Assembly: GCA_951406725.2 (NCBI GenBank)
Contig: OX597816.1
Location: 98,704,001-98,768,000 of the forward strand
DNA from: Octopus vulgaris
Taxonomy: Eukaryota
Direction of reading: 5' to 3'
DNA length: 64,000 nucleotides
A model generated the notes under the pieces. It had not been told where the DNA came from. It ran no database searches and saw only the letters and a list, made by a program, of their open reading frames with translations. Position numbers and translations under genes: made by a program. Shown here one piece after another: positions 37,771 through 51,953 of this stretch; within the stretch, counting starts at the first letter, position 1, and each line of letters opens with the position of its first letter.

Positions 37771-40239
37771 TGCACACAAATCCATGACACATATTTATTA
37801 CTGAAATACGCATAAAGTAAACACATACAGACAAATATATTAATATAAGAAATTTTAAAAAATAAAAACATAAAACAACGAAGAGACAAAAGAAACAGTA
37901 GGATGATACATGTTGAGTTTATTAGGTATTTGTGTTTGTTTAGAAACCTACAATTAACAGGTCATTTCACAGACGCTAAACTATAAATTTCACAAGGTAC
38001 AACCTCAAAGTTGATGCCGCTCTACTAAACGCAGAAAATAGCTGTCTCGCTATTGGCTACAAATACACAGTTTTTCGATTTTTATACCTCTGTAAATTTA
38101 TCCTCCATTTTTTCTCAACAACATCATACCTTCATAGCAATTAGACTAGAGAACTATGTTAATAAAGCTGATTCTCAGTTTTTTTACTCTCTTTTAAAAA
38201 ATGAGTATTTTGCGAATGAAAAAAAAAGGAGATCCATTTGACTGTCTTATGTTAATGTTCTTTATGTTAATGCTCTTTTATATAACACTCCTTAACACTC
38301 ACCCGTGACAAGTTTGAGTTAAATATTTAATAAAACTTCGTGTTTTGCTACTTAGATTCTATTCAGAAGTGTCTAATTGCCACAGCATATTAATTGAAAT
38401 ACAGTTATAACTTGTGGTAATAAAATAAATTGCAGCAAGTCTGTTTAGTGTGGAAGCCTTGAAAAACAATAACACAACACCATATTGCATACTTAAATTA
38501 AGAGGTAAATCAATTTATGTTATGCCCTCTAATATTATTTATCAAATTGTGAATTCACCTCATAAGAAATTTGCTCCATTAACCAATGCATGAAACCTGA
38601 GTAATTATATTGATTTTTTCTCAGTGTGTTAAAATGTTCTACTATAGTGCTGAGTATAACGTGTTAAATATCAAATTTTCCGTAGACTATGTGTACACAA
38701 TTATTGTACGGCTGATTTGTTAATCTATACAAACACATGTGAAACACAACTAGTAGTCTGTGCTATCAAGATATAATTTTAATAACTGAAGTTATTTACT
38801 AATGAATTACTATATAAAATACCATATTATGACTTTATACAAATACATATTCCAAATATCATTTAAATATATATTAAACTCTATTGAAGTTTTTCATAAA
38901 ATGAATTAGTTCTATTTGATACAAGTGTTCATAAAATATATATTTCAGATTTAATATTTTATTGATAGCTTCAAGTGTGTGAGAGAAGGAAAGTGGATAT
39001 CACATTTGATTAAATGATATTAAGTAACGATTAATATTGTTGTTCTCTCATAGCACGATATTTCCCACTTAAACAGTTTAATGCACCGAGTATATTATAT
39101 ATTTTGTTCCAGCTTCCAAAGAACTCTTATTTCTCATTCTGGAGGCGCCACCGGTGTGTTTAATATTTAAAAACATAAAATGTTGATGACCAATGAATAT
39201 CTATTCCAGTATAATTTTTTTCAGTTATGTTGCATAGTGACTACTCTGTGTAACATGATGATGTCCAATGGACCGAGATTTACCGGTATTCTTTTGTCTA
39301 GTTGTTGATAAACGAAACAAAATATTTAACACAAAGTATATTTTGTTTTCATTCACTGCATATCATATCATTCAGCACTTTAAAAATCCTTATTCTTTCA
39401 CGTAGTTAAAGCATACACTCTATCATTTTTTCTATTACCAGTGGCTCATATATTTTGCACTGTCATGCCCGTTCCTTAATTGATAAAAGATTTCTATTAT
39501 ATACCTGCGTAGACATGGAATATAATAGCGTTAGATTTATGATGGAATAAAACAATGCTATACTTAAGTGATGAATCAAACCTGTATTAGTCTATAACAT
39601 TATCGTAGTTTTATTGATATATATGTTTCTCTCGCTTAATACAAGGTTCTTATTTATATTCGTTTATATCAATTTTTGAGCATTTTATTATGTAATTAAG
39701 TTCACTCACTATAAGGAAGAAAATCAGTTAATATGTAGCGCAAATTAACGAACAGTGAAATGATATCTAGTATTTCCGCTGTCTAGACTGTTTTCATACT
39801 CCGTTCTTACAAAATATATCAGATAATAAGTTGCAAAAACCTTGTCAGAAAAGTTATGGAAATGCTTGTTTAAGTGTACTTGTAACATTTCTGTTTTCGG
39901 ACTTCTGTTGATTGATAAGCGATTGGTGTATACAACTAAAATATAACAAGATCTCATACACATCAGGGCATAAGCTCTCGTAAACTGAAGTGACATTTTC
40001 TGGATACATGCACAAGAAGCAGATGAACTTCTTAAAGTGAAACATTAGATCACAATTTACTGAAAGCTACATCACTGATTAAAACAACACGGTTTCTCTA
40101 ACATTCACTTTTTCATGTACACTACCAACAGAAATTTTCATATTCTCTGACTCAAAATAAGAATTTTTTCTTCCTTTATCTACATCAAATATATCTAAAT
40201 ATTTTGATTTCGAATTTACTTAAACATCTGCAGCAATTT

Positions 40240-40800
40240 TCCTTACTGCTCGCCTTGATTGCAACTATTTTAGAGCTGCTACTCCTCTCTCTTGTGTCTG
40301 GTAAGATTTTTGCCACGGTCATCCTGAATAGATTACGAAATAATCTCAGTGGCTGGAAGCAGTCAAGATTTACGCCAAGAAGGTAAAATACGAACATCAT
40401 CATGGCTTTTTGTGTATTCGTTCAACGGACGACAGGGATGTGCTTTGGAAGATTCTAAAACAGTAGAGTGTACCTTCTTATTTGACTCGGTTGTTGTGGC
40501 CTTGTGCACCGGAACAGTCTGTGTGGGTAGGAATACTCGACATTTGATATTTCCCCAGTTAGATTTGGGATCCGTCATGTGGTGCAATCATGGTGGAAAC
40601 AAGAATTGCAGGCCTAGATTTTACTCATTTAATTTTGCTGTACATCTGAATGTCTCAGAGAGCATACTTCATTCACTGAGTGACGAAGCAGAAGCTCTTA
40701 GCCTTAGAGTCTTTTGGGGCCAAGACAAAGATCCAGTCCTTCATTGGCTACTTGGACAAAGAGAAAAAAATGTTGTATACTCAATTACTTGTGGTAACTC
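40240..40800 (+). mobile_element. Decayed RTE LINE RT fragment
   Basis: 'DCNYFR..LLSLVSGKIFATVILNRLR..KQSRFTPRR' (cf. NYRGITLLSVPGKVFA.VILNR..EQSGF) and 'ALxKIL'. Confidence 0.65.
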
Positions 40801-40834
40801 GTACAATATCAAAAATATCATGTAAATCTATTTC

Positions 40835-41915
40835 CTGTTCTATATTTAAGAGATGAAGAATTGTGTCCATTATGTACATTATTTACATTTGACGGATATT
40901 TGTGCTCATCTTGTTTGTTGTTAACACAATGTTTCGGCTAATATACGCGCCAGCCTTCATCATGTGTCTTGGGGAAATTTCGAACCTGGGTTCTCATTCT
41001 TAAGGTATTTTTCGATATTGTTGTTGTGTTGTTGTTGTTCAGGTCATTGCTTGGAATCTTGGGGTTAGTAGCCCGCGCTCTTAGCCACTATGCCATATGC
41101 CCCTGGGCAATTATGGAGTGAATTTTAGGGCTTATAAATCTAATATTTTTCAGTCCTTACTTCATACCGGTTCCCATATGCTGCTCATATCTGCACTCGG
41201 TCAGCTTAGACGGTTGTTGTGTCCTAACATATGTGGTTTCTTTTAGTTTTCAGATTTTCCTGTGGTATTCTCTGTCTATCATTTTAAATTCACTCCAGAA
41301 TGGGAGGTGGTCTCCATTTTTCCATACATGATTAGCCATACCCCATTTATCAATATCTCCCCGTGTCGCAGCTTTGCGATGTTTCTCTACCATTATTTTG
41401 AAGAGGCGGCATGTTTCGCCTTTGTATAACCTACAACAACTGCATGGGATGTAGTACGCGCAGTTTTTGGTCATATTCTCTTCCATCGGTGGTCTTACCT
41501 GATGATATTTTCGAAGTGTTTTATTACTCTTGAATATTTTCCTGATGTCATATGGGGTGCATATCTTTGTGTCATATTGGGTAGACAGACTGTGGAAGTT
41601 TAGTGGTTTCATCCCCTCTTTTCTTCATAATAGGAGCGGATACTATGTTTTTGGACTAGTTGTTGCGTAATAGATTGTTACTGAGCTTGTTCATTTCTTT
41701 GTGGGGGTTATCAATATCACTGCTTATATTCTCGGTGTTTTAGGCACTGAGCAACCCCTCTGTTTTCACTGTATGCATGGTGGAATTTGAAATTACGGCA
41801 GCATCTATGAAGGTCGGCCTGCAGGATAATGATGACCTGAATTTATACTTGGTGCGTGTTATTAATACGTGCAGCAATGTTAGCTGATTGTCATTTTCCT
41901 TTTCTATTATGAACT
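40835..41915 (-). mobile_element. Penelope-like element 3' part: RT thumb, GIY-YIG endonuclease and terminal repeat
   Basis: 'EKENDNQLTLLHVLITR', 'KNCAYYIPCSCCRLYKGETCR..VEKHRKA..MANHVWKNGDH', 'PSADMSSIWEP'; then tRNA-like head (41042-41100), (AAC)n and HHR-like motif (40924-40967). Confidence 0.9.
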
Positions 41916-42055
41916 ATATGATTGGCAGTGCAGCGGTTTTGCTATGGAACGGTGAAAGTATATTTTCATTATCTGAAAAGGCAATGTTTTGGATTTACCA
42001 CTCTTTTGCAATATTATATATATCCATATGTGTGTGTGTTTGTGTGTATGTGTGT

Positions 42056-42119
42056 GTAGTAGTTAAGAGCGCGATCTACTAACCTCAAGATACCGAATTC
42101 TAATCCAGGCAGTGACCTA

Positions 42120-42214
<95 letters not shown>

Positions 42215-42375
42215 CAGCAACAACATCGGAAAATATGTTAAGAATGAGAACCCAGGTTCGAAATTTCCCAAAGACACCTGACGAAGGCCGGAGGTTATAT
42301 CGGCCGAAACGTTGCGTTAACAATAAACAAGATGAGGACAAATATCAGTGAAATATAAATAATGTAAATAATGTA
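42056..42375 (+). mobile_element. tRNA-headed Penelope terminal-repeat unit: tRNA-like head, (AAT)n, HHR
   Basis: Reverse-complement homolog of 40870-41095; head tagttaagagcgcgatctactaacctcaagataccgaattctaatcc; (AAT)n 42118-42210. Confidence 0.8.
42274..42317 (+). ncRNA. Minimal hammerhead ribozyme motif
   Basis: ACAC CTGACGA A GGCCGG aggttata TCGGCC GAAAC GTT GCGT; intact CUGANGA/GAAA core, self-complementary AACGTT at stem III; stem I has one mismatch; GUU site is suboptimal. Confidence 0.65.
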
Positions 42376-43289
42376 AGTAATGCAAAAGAAAAACTACTAA
42401 ACTAAAACAAACTTTCGAAATGGTGTATGATTTTATGCCATGAACCAATTTAACTTTCCTAATTAATTGACTGCCCTAATATAGTAACGAGCAGTTAATG
42501 ACACTTTCTTATTACTTGTTTTAATAATCAAATCTAAACGGGACATATTCGCATTAACATACAAGCATATTCTGTTTCCCCACAATTATGACATGCTAGT
42601 TGTGTCCGACTTTCACATCAAATCGACAATAAAAGTAATTGCATCGAGTAGTCCGGTTTTTGAAAGCATACAATTGTATCCGTTTTCTAATTTGGATATA
42701 TATAAATATATTATATTTATATATATATATGTATAAGTTGTGATCGTATTCTTAAATGCTATAGACTCTTCAATGAAGCGTGACGTTTAGAGAGAGAATA
42801 TGCCGTTAGCAGAAGCAGGCACAAATGTTTAACTTAATTTATTTAAGTTTAGTTTTCTCCCCTTCTGTAGGAAGACATAAAGAAAATGATAATATGTTGC
42901 AGTCCTTCGGGTATTGACGTCAGAAGAATAACATTATGTATCAAGACAGATGTATAAATGTACATATATGGACTTGCTTCAATAAAACCGACGATAATTT
43001 GAAAACTATTTATAATTATATTTTAGCTTAGACAATGGACACGAAGCACTGACACACGAGCGCATGCACACACCATACACCAATAACTTCTCATAGTAGA
43101 ATGATGGAGTGCAGATGCGCGTAGATATAGATGCAATGCAGCCTAGGTATAAAGAAATGGAAAAGTACATAAATACATTTATATAGAGAGATACATACGT
43201 ACACACACACACACACATATACATATGCATATATATGAATAAACAGGTGCGTGCGTGCGTGTGTGTATGCATGGAGACATTCTCTATGA

Positions 43290-43612
43290 AACAAGCCAGT
43301 CTTAGTTCAGGCCTCCGTCGCTAGAAACCACTTGATGTGAGCCTCAGGCATCAGGTCGCCGACTGGCGTTGTTGGGTGCAGTCGTATTGCCACGTGGTGC
43401 GTCTTTGATTTGCTGTGCCAATGTAGTAACGATTGAAGCGTTAAAATGTATGGCTTCGCAAGAGTTCCAGTATGCTTCCAATAGTGGAAAACGCGTCTGG
43501 ATCGACGCATTGCTACAAATGAAGAAAACTTTGAAAGCGATAAGTGTAAATATCTAAAACAAAGTAAATAAATAACTTTACAAAATTCCCGTTTCTTTTG
43601 GGTATGCTTTCA
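43290..43612 (+). mobile_element. Internally deleted mariner element (transposase C-terminus and right TIR)
   Basis: 'SQEFQ..FQ*WKTRLDRRIATNEENFESD' (cf. F..W..RW.KC...NG.YFE.D) followed by the TIR-like aattcccgtttcttttgggtatgc. Confidence 0.65.
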
Positions 43613-43649
43613 CATACACACACACATATACAGAGAGGGAGACGGGTAG

Positions 43650-43661
43650 ACAGACAGATAT

Positions 43662-43700
<39 letters not shown>

Positions 43701-43711
43701 TAGATAGATAA

Positions 43712-43742
<31 letters not shown>

Positions 43743-43753
43743 TACATACATGC

Positions 43754-43792
<39 letters not shown>

Positions 43793-43816
43793 CACACACA
43801 CTTATATATTCATAAA

Positions 43817-43875
<59 letters not shown>
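43650..43875. repeat. (GATA)n and (TA)n microsatellites
   Basis: Seen directly. Confidence 0.95.
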
Positions 43876-43877
<2 letters not shown>

Positions 43878-44654
43878 ACGCGTAAGTATTTGTGTATGTA
43901 TGCACGTATATATGTATGCATATTGGGTGTATAAAAATACATCGCAAAAATTATTATATAGAAGACAGTAATCTTGTGAAGCATTTGCTGCATTGAATAT
44001 CCTCCAGTAATACTGCAGTGCAGTTTCTAAGTATTAATTATAAAATTATAAGATGTCGCACAACTGGGAGTTTGGCTTTTCTTCAATACTATATACACGG
44101 CCACATACATAAATATGCTTAAAAATTAGCGCCTACTGATGTTGTATGTTTGAATACATGCAATTTACATAAACTTGCACACACACATATATATTTGTAC
44201 ATATTAATGTAATCAGTTTATGCATAAAGGAGTATGTATATCTATACTCACGCAGACATGAAATAATTATTGCCTATATGTATGTATATGTGTCTGTATA
44301 TTATATATGTGTGTGTGAATGTGTGCATGTGTTGGTGTGTGAGTGTGTTTGTCAGAAAGCTTGATTTTTTTTTTTTTTGGTATTTGTCTGGATATACGAG
44401 TGTAAGTACAATTTAGTACAATTGTACAATTTAAGTACTATTTCAGAAATACAATTTAATAAACTTTTATATAATGTTCAGTTTCAATTAAACTGTTCGG
44501 TAATTACTCATACATATTTCTTTTCCTCTACCCGCAGCTTTCACTCTTTCTTCAAAAAGATAATGCTGTAGTGTTTTTATGATTATTATGCTATAATTTT
44601 GATGAGAAATATGCCTGTGCAACGATACTAAAGCACATACGTATAGTCATATTT

Positions 44655-44727
<73 letters not shown>

Positions 44728-45180
44728 TATATATATGTATGTATCGACAACTTGAACAGACACATATCAGTACATAAATACACATTCATATGTGCATACA
44801 CAAGTACACACAAACACGTCTACACACTTAACTAAATACTCACGTACATACATAAGTACGTGTGTACATAAATACATACACACATACGTACATACATATA
44901 TACGTACATACATACATATGGACATACATACACACACACATATATATATGTACATATATATCATGAACTAACTTATTTTCTCAGATGCAGCATGGAATTT
45001 TGTCGGCGATCAGGTCACGATCTCAAAGCGATGAAAATATTTTGGCAACTTCAATTTAAATGTTGAAGTAAATCTAATGGTTTTTGTGTGTTTTTAAATG
45101 GCTTCTAAACACCTTCTATGCTGCAATTGTTTTCGTTGTAGCACACGATCTCAGAACAGGCCACTTGCTATGCAAGTACA

Positions 45181-45229
<49 letters not shown>

Positions 45230-45298
45230 TATATGTATATATATGCATACACACACATATATATGTGTGTGTATGTATATATGTATGTGTTTATATAT

Positions 45299-45341
<43 letters not shown>

Positions 45342-46695
45342 TATAAAATTACAATCGTATATGCACGCGTCATGCTGTGGTAACAAAAAAAACCGCCTAT
45401 TTTTGAGACTAACTTTTGGAATGGAAATAGACACGCATATATATATAATTAGATATAATGACAAACATTCATATATTAAGTGTTGTAGTTAATTATTTAG
45501 ACATATACAGAGGCGTATCTCTTTCTACTCAACTTTATGGTTTGAGACAATATCATGCACACATGCATATACACTCACACACAGAAATTCAAACGTATAT
45601 ATGAGTATGTGTATGTGTGTGTCTGTGTTTGTATTCAAGTATTTATGTGTATATGTATGCACAACTTAGATTGCATGCATAAATGTGGAAATCTGTCATA
45701 AATGGCAACGTAACATTGTCTATTCATATTGAAAATATTGACAATTATGTTAATTCACTCACAGGAATTGTGTATATAAATAATGACACCCTAATTCAAT
45801 GCAGTTACTATTATTTAATTTCTCTTTCAATGAACTCTTTATGCAATTTTAAATAGATGCCACTCTGCCTGCATAAATAACGCTTTTTTATTTGAGAGTA
45901 TGCTGTGTGATTTAAATATACTAACCTATTGTGGTAATATGCTATGGTCAGAATATCTGTTTATTCTATAATAATGCAATTATGTCATATGGTTTACTGA
46001 ATTTCCTATAGACGATATACTCGCTTTTACTCGAGAGAGAAATTTATTTTGTTCACTATTGTTAACTTTCATTAGTTTCTGATATGTATGATCTTAGTAT
46101 GATCTTATGTAGCAAAGTCCTTCAAGTTTGCAATCATGTCGTCTTCGTTTCGAAGCGAAACAGCAAATGATAGAAGCCTGTTGGAACGGCGAGAATTGGA
46201 TACACAACCCTGATGAAAATCTGCTTACCAGATATATTAAATTACAGAGTGCAATCTACAACTTACATCTGTTCGATTTATGTTATCTAATTTTGCGTTA
46301 TAACGGGAATCAAATTCGATTACATATGGTCACTGATAATATACTGTTCTATGCAACAGTCTTTGTTAGGCCTACAAATACTTTAACTTGAATAACGTTT
46401 GAAAGATGACTAAGATTTTTCCCCGACTATTTTGTAGAAAGTTAATCGTAGGTTTTATCACACTTATTTTTCTTTCTGCCTTTTGTCTAATATTTTTCCA
46501 ATGTCTCCCACATAGAAATTAAGCCATCATGCATTATAAATAATCTCTAACTCCTTATCTCTTATTGTATTATGCTAGTGTGACTAATTGATTAGTCATT
46601 TCGATATCCATAGAAATAACCATGCGTTACATACTCATTATTTATTACCGTTTGCAAAGTAGACAGATAAGATGCTATCATTCCGATTATGCTTC

Positions 46696-46697
<2 letters not shown>

Positions 46698-46747
<50 letters not shown>

Positions 46748-46794
46748 TCATATATGTATATATATGTATATATATATATATATATATGTATTCA

Positions 46795-46844
<50 letters not shown>

Positions 46845-46907
46845 TGTATGCATGTATGTATATATATATATATATATATCATGTATGTATATATATATAT
46901 GTATATC

Positions 46908-46950
<43 letters not shown>

Positions 46951-47035
46951 TTATATATATGTATATATATATATGTATATATATATATATGTATGTATAT
47001 ATATATGTATATATATATATGTATATATATATATG

Positions 47036-47068
<33 letters not shown>

Positions 47069-47117
47069 GTATATATATATGTATATATATATATTCATGT
47101 ATGTATATATATGTATA
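46698..47117. repeat. Long interrupted (TA)n microsatellite
   Basis: Seen directly. Confidence 0.95.
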
Positions 47118-47419
47118 TTCCGAAAATACTAGCTCATTTTCGTGTCATACTAGGAAAGGTCAACCAACTCAAATGACGTCATTCGTCATTTATGTGTAAG
47201 GTTTCATTGTATCATTCTGTTTCGTAACTTCGATAATATATTTTGTTAACACATTACTTCCTAATTTTGCTTCCCTGCTGCCTAACAAAATATGCAAATT
47301 AGATTTTACAGTTAAATGCATTAGCATTATTTATACGCGTTTTGCCGCTGTCAGAATGACTGTTAATACTAAATGAAATAACTTGCACTTTTTAAGGTCT
47401 CCTAAGGGATTAAACATAT

Positions 47420-47582
47420 TGATTTCAAATTTTCGCTGTGTTCAACCGGTAATTATTTTATTGATCTCGATAGGATGAAAGGCAAAGTTGACCTCGGCGG
47501 AATTTTAATTCAGAAGGTAAAGACGGACGAAATGCCACTAAGCATTTTGCCTGGCGTGCTAGTTTTTTTGCCAGCTCGCTGC
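47420..47582 (-). mobile_element. SINE family A
   Basis: ggatgaaaggcaaagttgacctcggcggaatt..gacggacgaaatgccactaagcattt..gccagctcgc. Confidence 0.85.
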
Positions 47583-50500
47583 ATTAAAATGAATATGCAT
47601 ATTAATTAGGCATTTTCAAACTGCATTTTATGGCAATAGGATATAAGAATATTGCCAATCATGTAGATAGCAAAATTCTAAATAAATTTGTACGGATATC
47701 ATCATACTAATAATTCGTAAGAAATTAACCAATAACTTAATATTTCAGTTTTGTTTAAATACATGCACATTTATGGGGTGCTGCTTTCTCCAACAAGCAC
47801 TAAACTTTCGACCTTCGTAAAGTATTGGTAGGTAATTCATTCAGCAAGAAATATACTTCTCTTAAAGCCGCTATTTCGATGTTTACATAACAAATAGCTC
47901 CTCTATTGATACTAATTTTCAAAACTTTTTTAATATATCAAAAGCAGTAAATTGGAGGAATATCTGGCATAGGATGGTGTAGTTACGTCTACCTGCATCA
48001 AAATCGTATTTTACTTTTATTTTCTTACTTGTAGCCAAAATGAAACTTTTCATATTACCCAATATTTCCGATGAAATTTCAAATAGAACCGAGAAATTTC
48101 TTATTTTCTAGTAATGTTGTATAACGGACGTGGATATTAAGTAGTTACCTCCTTCAGTGTATTTGGCCAAATTTGGACTTTCTGTAGTCTGTTAAGGGAT
48201 GAAACAGTTTTATAATAACAATTAGAAATGGCGATTAAGGACCACTTGAAAGATTTCAAGACTTCTATTTTAATCACAATTTTTCTCTAGAAAATATCAA
48301 TTTACATAACAACAATATTACGACTGAATTAACGTATTCCACGTAAATTAGCTAGAACCTAAAAACAATTAAATGATTGTTAGAACAATTGGTCTCAAAT
48401 CTGCTTTATATTCTGAAAAATGTTATACGCTCGGGCACCTGACATTCTTGAAATACACAAGAAAATATTTTCAGAAGATGGTCTCTGTGGTTCTGATCTA
48501 AAATCATTTCCTCTACAGTGATGACGATATTAAAATCTTGACGCCGTCTATTCATATCATAAAAAAGTGACGTAAACGATGCATAATATTTATAGCCTGT
48601 TTTATACCAGGACTCTAACTCTGCATAATATCTTCCTGCATCGAACTTTTTAAATCTCGATCCGTTTACTCAAAATGTAGGTAGAAATATTTCGCTCAAT
48701 ATTATATGAATATATAAGAACCCAGTTTGCTAATACATACTTACTCCCTCAAAACACAAGTGAATCATTAATTATTCTTTGAATCGCTTCGATATTAAAT
48801 GTCTCGTATTTATTGACACTGAGTGGGATTATGGCTAGGCTTCAGTTGAATAACTTATAAAGGGAACCAAATGGTGTAGAAAGTACTTTTCATTTTTCTA
48901 TGTTTAAAATATGTGTTAAAACTGCAAATTTTAGTAAATTAATACGTCTCCAAAATGTATTTAAAGGAATGATTTGAACTCGAATGTACGAACTAACGTA
49001 TCGTTCATCATTTGTACATTGAGTCTATTTTTGTCTTGTATAACCTACAGAAAATATTTCATGCTTCATCAGTCGATGATTTTCTATACTAATCATCTCA
49101 GACCAATGTTGGAGTAAGTGTTATATGTTTAGGATAATGCAGCTGCTTCATACTTAAATAATATATTCCCATCTGAAGGGAATATAATTGCTTATAGTAA
49201 CTAGGGGATAGTCATACAAATTTTGCTCTCCTGCTTTTATGGAAATCACAAAAGTTTGTCTCTCACAGTGGCAAGATACCTGCTCACCTCCTGCAATGCC
49301 AACTCGTAATCTTTACCTTATCCGATCTCTCGCGCTAAATATTTTGATTATATTAGTTTATCAGAAATACAGATGTACGCAGCTCCTTAAAGGTTCAATC
49401 TTTCGAAGCTTACAAGAAAGTTGAAACAGTTGAAATTTAGATGATCTGTACTCATGATTAATTTCTTGGGTATTGATCAGCTAAGATCATGCGATCGTAA
49501 AATGGAAGCTGTCCACTTCTAAAGTATAATGCTTTATCTATTGGACCACTACAGACTCAGTTATCGAAAACGCCAGTCAGACAAGTATTTTTTGTAGGTA
49601 ACATTAACATGTTTGCTAATAAAACAGAAGTGATTTGCAAGATTAGAACACGTTTAAGTCCAAAAGTTTCTCGACTATGAATTGTTATGCTTTTTTAAAT
49701 ATTATTTTATTGTAGATATATGCAGTTTGATGTTATTACATTCAAGAATTTCTCATGCAATGAAGCAATATCTATCGATGTATCAAACCACTGTACACCT
49801 CTCTAACATTAAACGAATTTATATGAAAAAATATTGGTGATTTTTGACATTATTTTCATTCAAATTATTAGGTATTGAAATAAATTATCCCCCATTTACA
49901 TAATTATTGGAAATATTCCATCAAATGCCGCTGACCTTCTTGCTACATATTTATATGATGACATGTTGGCTCATCTCAGAGTATTGATATTTAGCTTATA
50001 CAAACATCAAAAGTAACAGAAATATTTTTCAGGAGAGCCAATTACTATTTCATCTCAAATTCCATTGCAGTGGAAATTTCTCAAATTTTCTTTGATATCG
50101 CGCATAACATGTTGCAATTATATTTTTCGACATTGTTTACACACCAACATTTCAATAAAAGAAGACCGTTCTCAACGAGATTGCCAATAACTCTTAACAT
50201 CTGTTATACGGAAGAGTGTGATATTAACTGAGAGAGTAGAGCAATGTCCTGAATATGATAGAATTAGATTTGGAATCAACAAGATTCAGGTTTCCATTCA
50301 CGCCGTGGACTGAGTTATTATCCATGCTTACATGTTCCAATAAAAATATGTTTAGGAACAATCTTCAAGAAATAATAATTATTACAACTTATGATGATAG
50401 CCTCTATTTTTACAACGTGTAATTAGTCTTTCAGAACATGACCATCATTTTTAAGTTGAAACCGCCCTTAATCAAAAATTTTCGCCCAAGATGTGGACGT

Positions 50501-51953
50501 TACATAGCATAATATTCTCTTGGAAGCAATATCTTTGAAAAATTATAGGGTAGCTTCTGCTGCATCTGATGAAATGTCAGCTGATCTGAAATTATGTGAC
50601 AACTGAGATTTGTCTTGTTTCTCCCGGTGTTTCAATGACACAACTGTCCCTCTTACGTTTTGAATTCAGAAGGTGAACGAAGTACGTCAGCAGTGCAATG
50701 AATATTATGGTGCATTATATCATTTCCATTACTCTACACCATATTTCTAAACTATATTATAGTTTTTCCTAGATCAGTATGCATGAAGACACAGAAATCT
50801 TGACTTATGTAGATCTGACGAGACCCTAGGACTTTGTGTTAAAGTTTAGTTTAAAATATTCCTGATCATCTTCTTCAGAAAAGCCATAAGAATAGCGATT
50901 TTAGGGGGAAAATATTCAAAGGAAGCTTGAGAATTGTGCATAGTGTGAAGCTTAGGGGTAGACAAAAACTAAGTTGGTGAGAGATGAAGGCAGCAGCGTT
51001 TCGGGATAGATAAAGGCATAAGGTACATAACTGGCCAGCACCTAGAAACAGAAGCCATGAGAACAAAGAAATAAAAGAGAGACTGCGAAGAGGTTAAGCC
51101 ACGTGCCGTGCCAGAGAAAGCAATACTCTGCGGTTGATTTAATGTCAATCAGTCGAGTTGCACATCTCCAGAAGTGTAAAAGCAGTACTGTCTTAGATGT
51201 GAAAAAAATATCCGATCGTTGGCTGCTCTACATCTTCATAAAGGTCAGCAATTATTGATGATTAAGATATTTACCGCTTTTTAAGCGGAGTGCCACATTC
51301 TGAGTTGTGCTTCTAGGAAAGTCTGAATTATGTGGAGCAACAATCGTTTACAAATATATAATTATATATTTATATAGTTAGTTATACGCTGCATCATCTA
51401 TTCTTGGCTTCTCTTTTCATCTACCGCGCTCTCTTACATTCTATCATTCTCTACTTGCCTCCCTATTAATCTTTCTTTATCTCCCCCCTCTCTCTCTCTC
51501 TCACTGTATACATGTATGTATTTAAGTATATATGTGTGTGTGTGTCTGTGTCTGCGTGCATGTGTGTATGTATGTTTTTATGTATATACCTACGTATTAT
51601 GTTTGTATATTTCCGTTGTTGCTGTTTTTTCTTTTCCTCCCGTTCATACTTGTCCTCTGCCTTAGGGAGCAGTATTCTTTGACTGAGACAAAACGATTGC
51701 GGGCTATTACACAGCATGCTTTACAAGTACATCTCTGCACTGTCATGCGGCCCCATCTATACATTGATATTTTTACCCATGCAAAAGAGGAGTTCTGTGC
51801 GTGGTCGATATTGACGTATGTTTTTGCAAACTCAGTCGCCTTATCCAGCAACGATGTTGGTATCGAGAAATATAAACATTACAATATCAAATTGTGTAAA
51901 TCTGAATCTATGCTTACGCTTTGTATTCCTAAACAAATCCATTGAAGTGCTAC

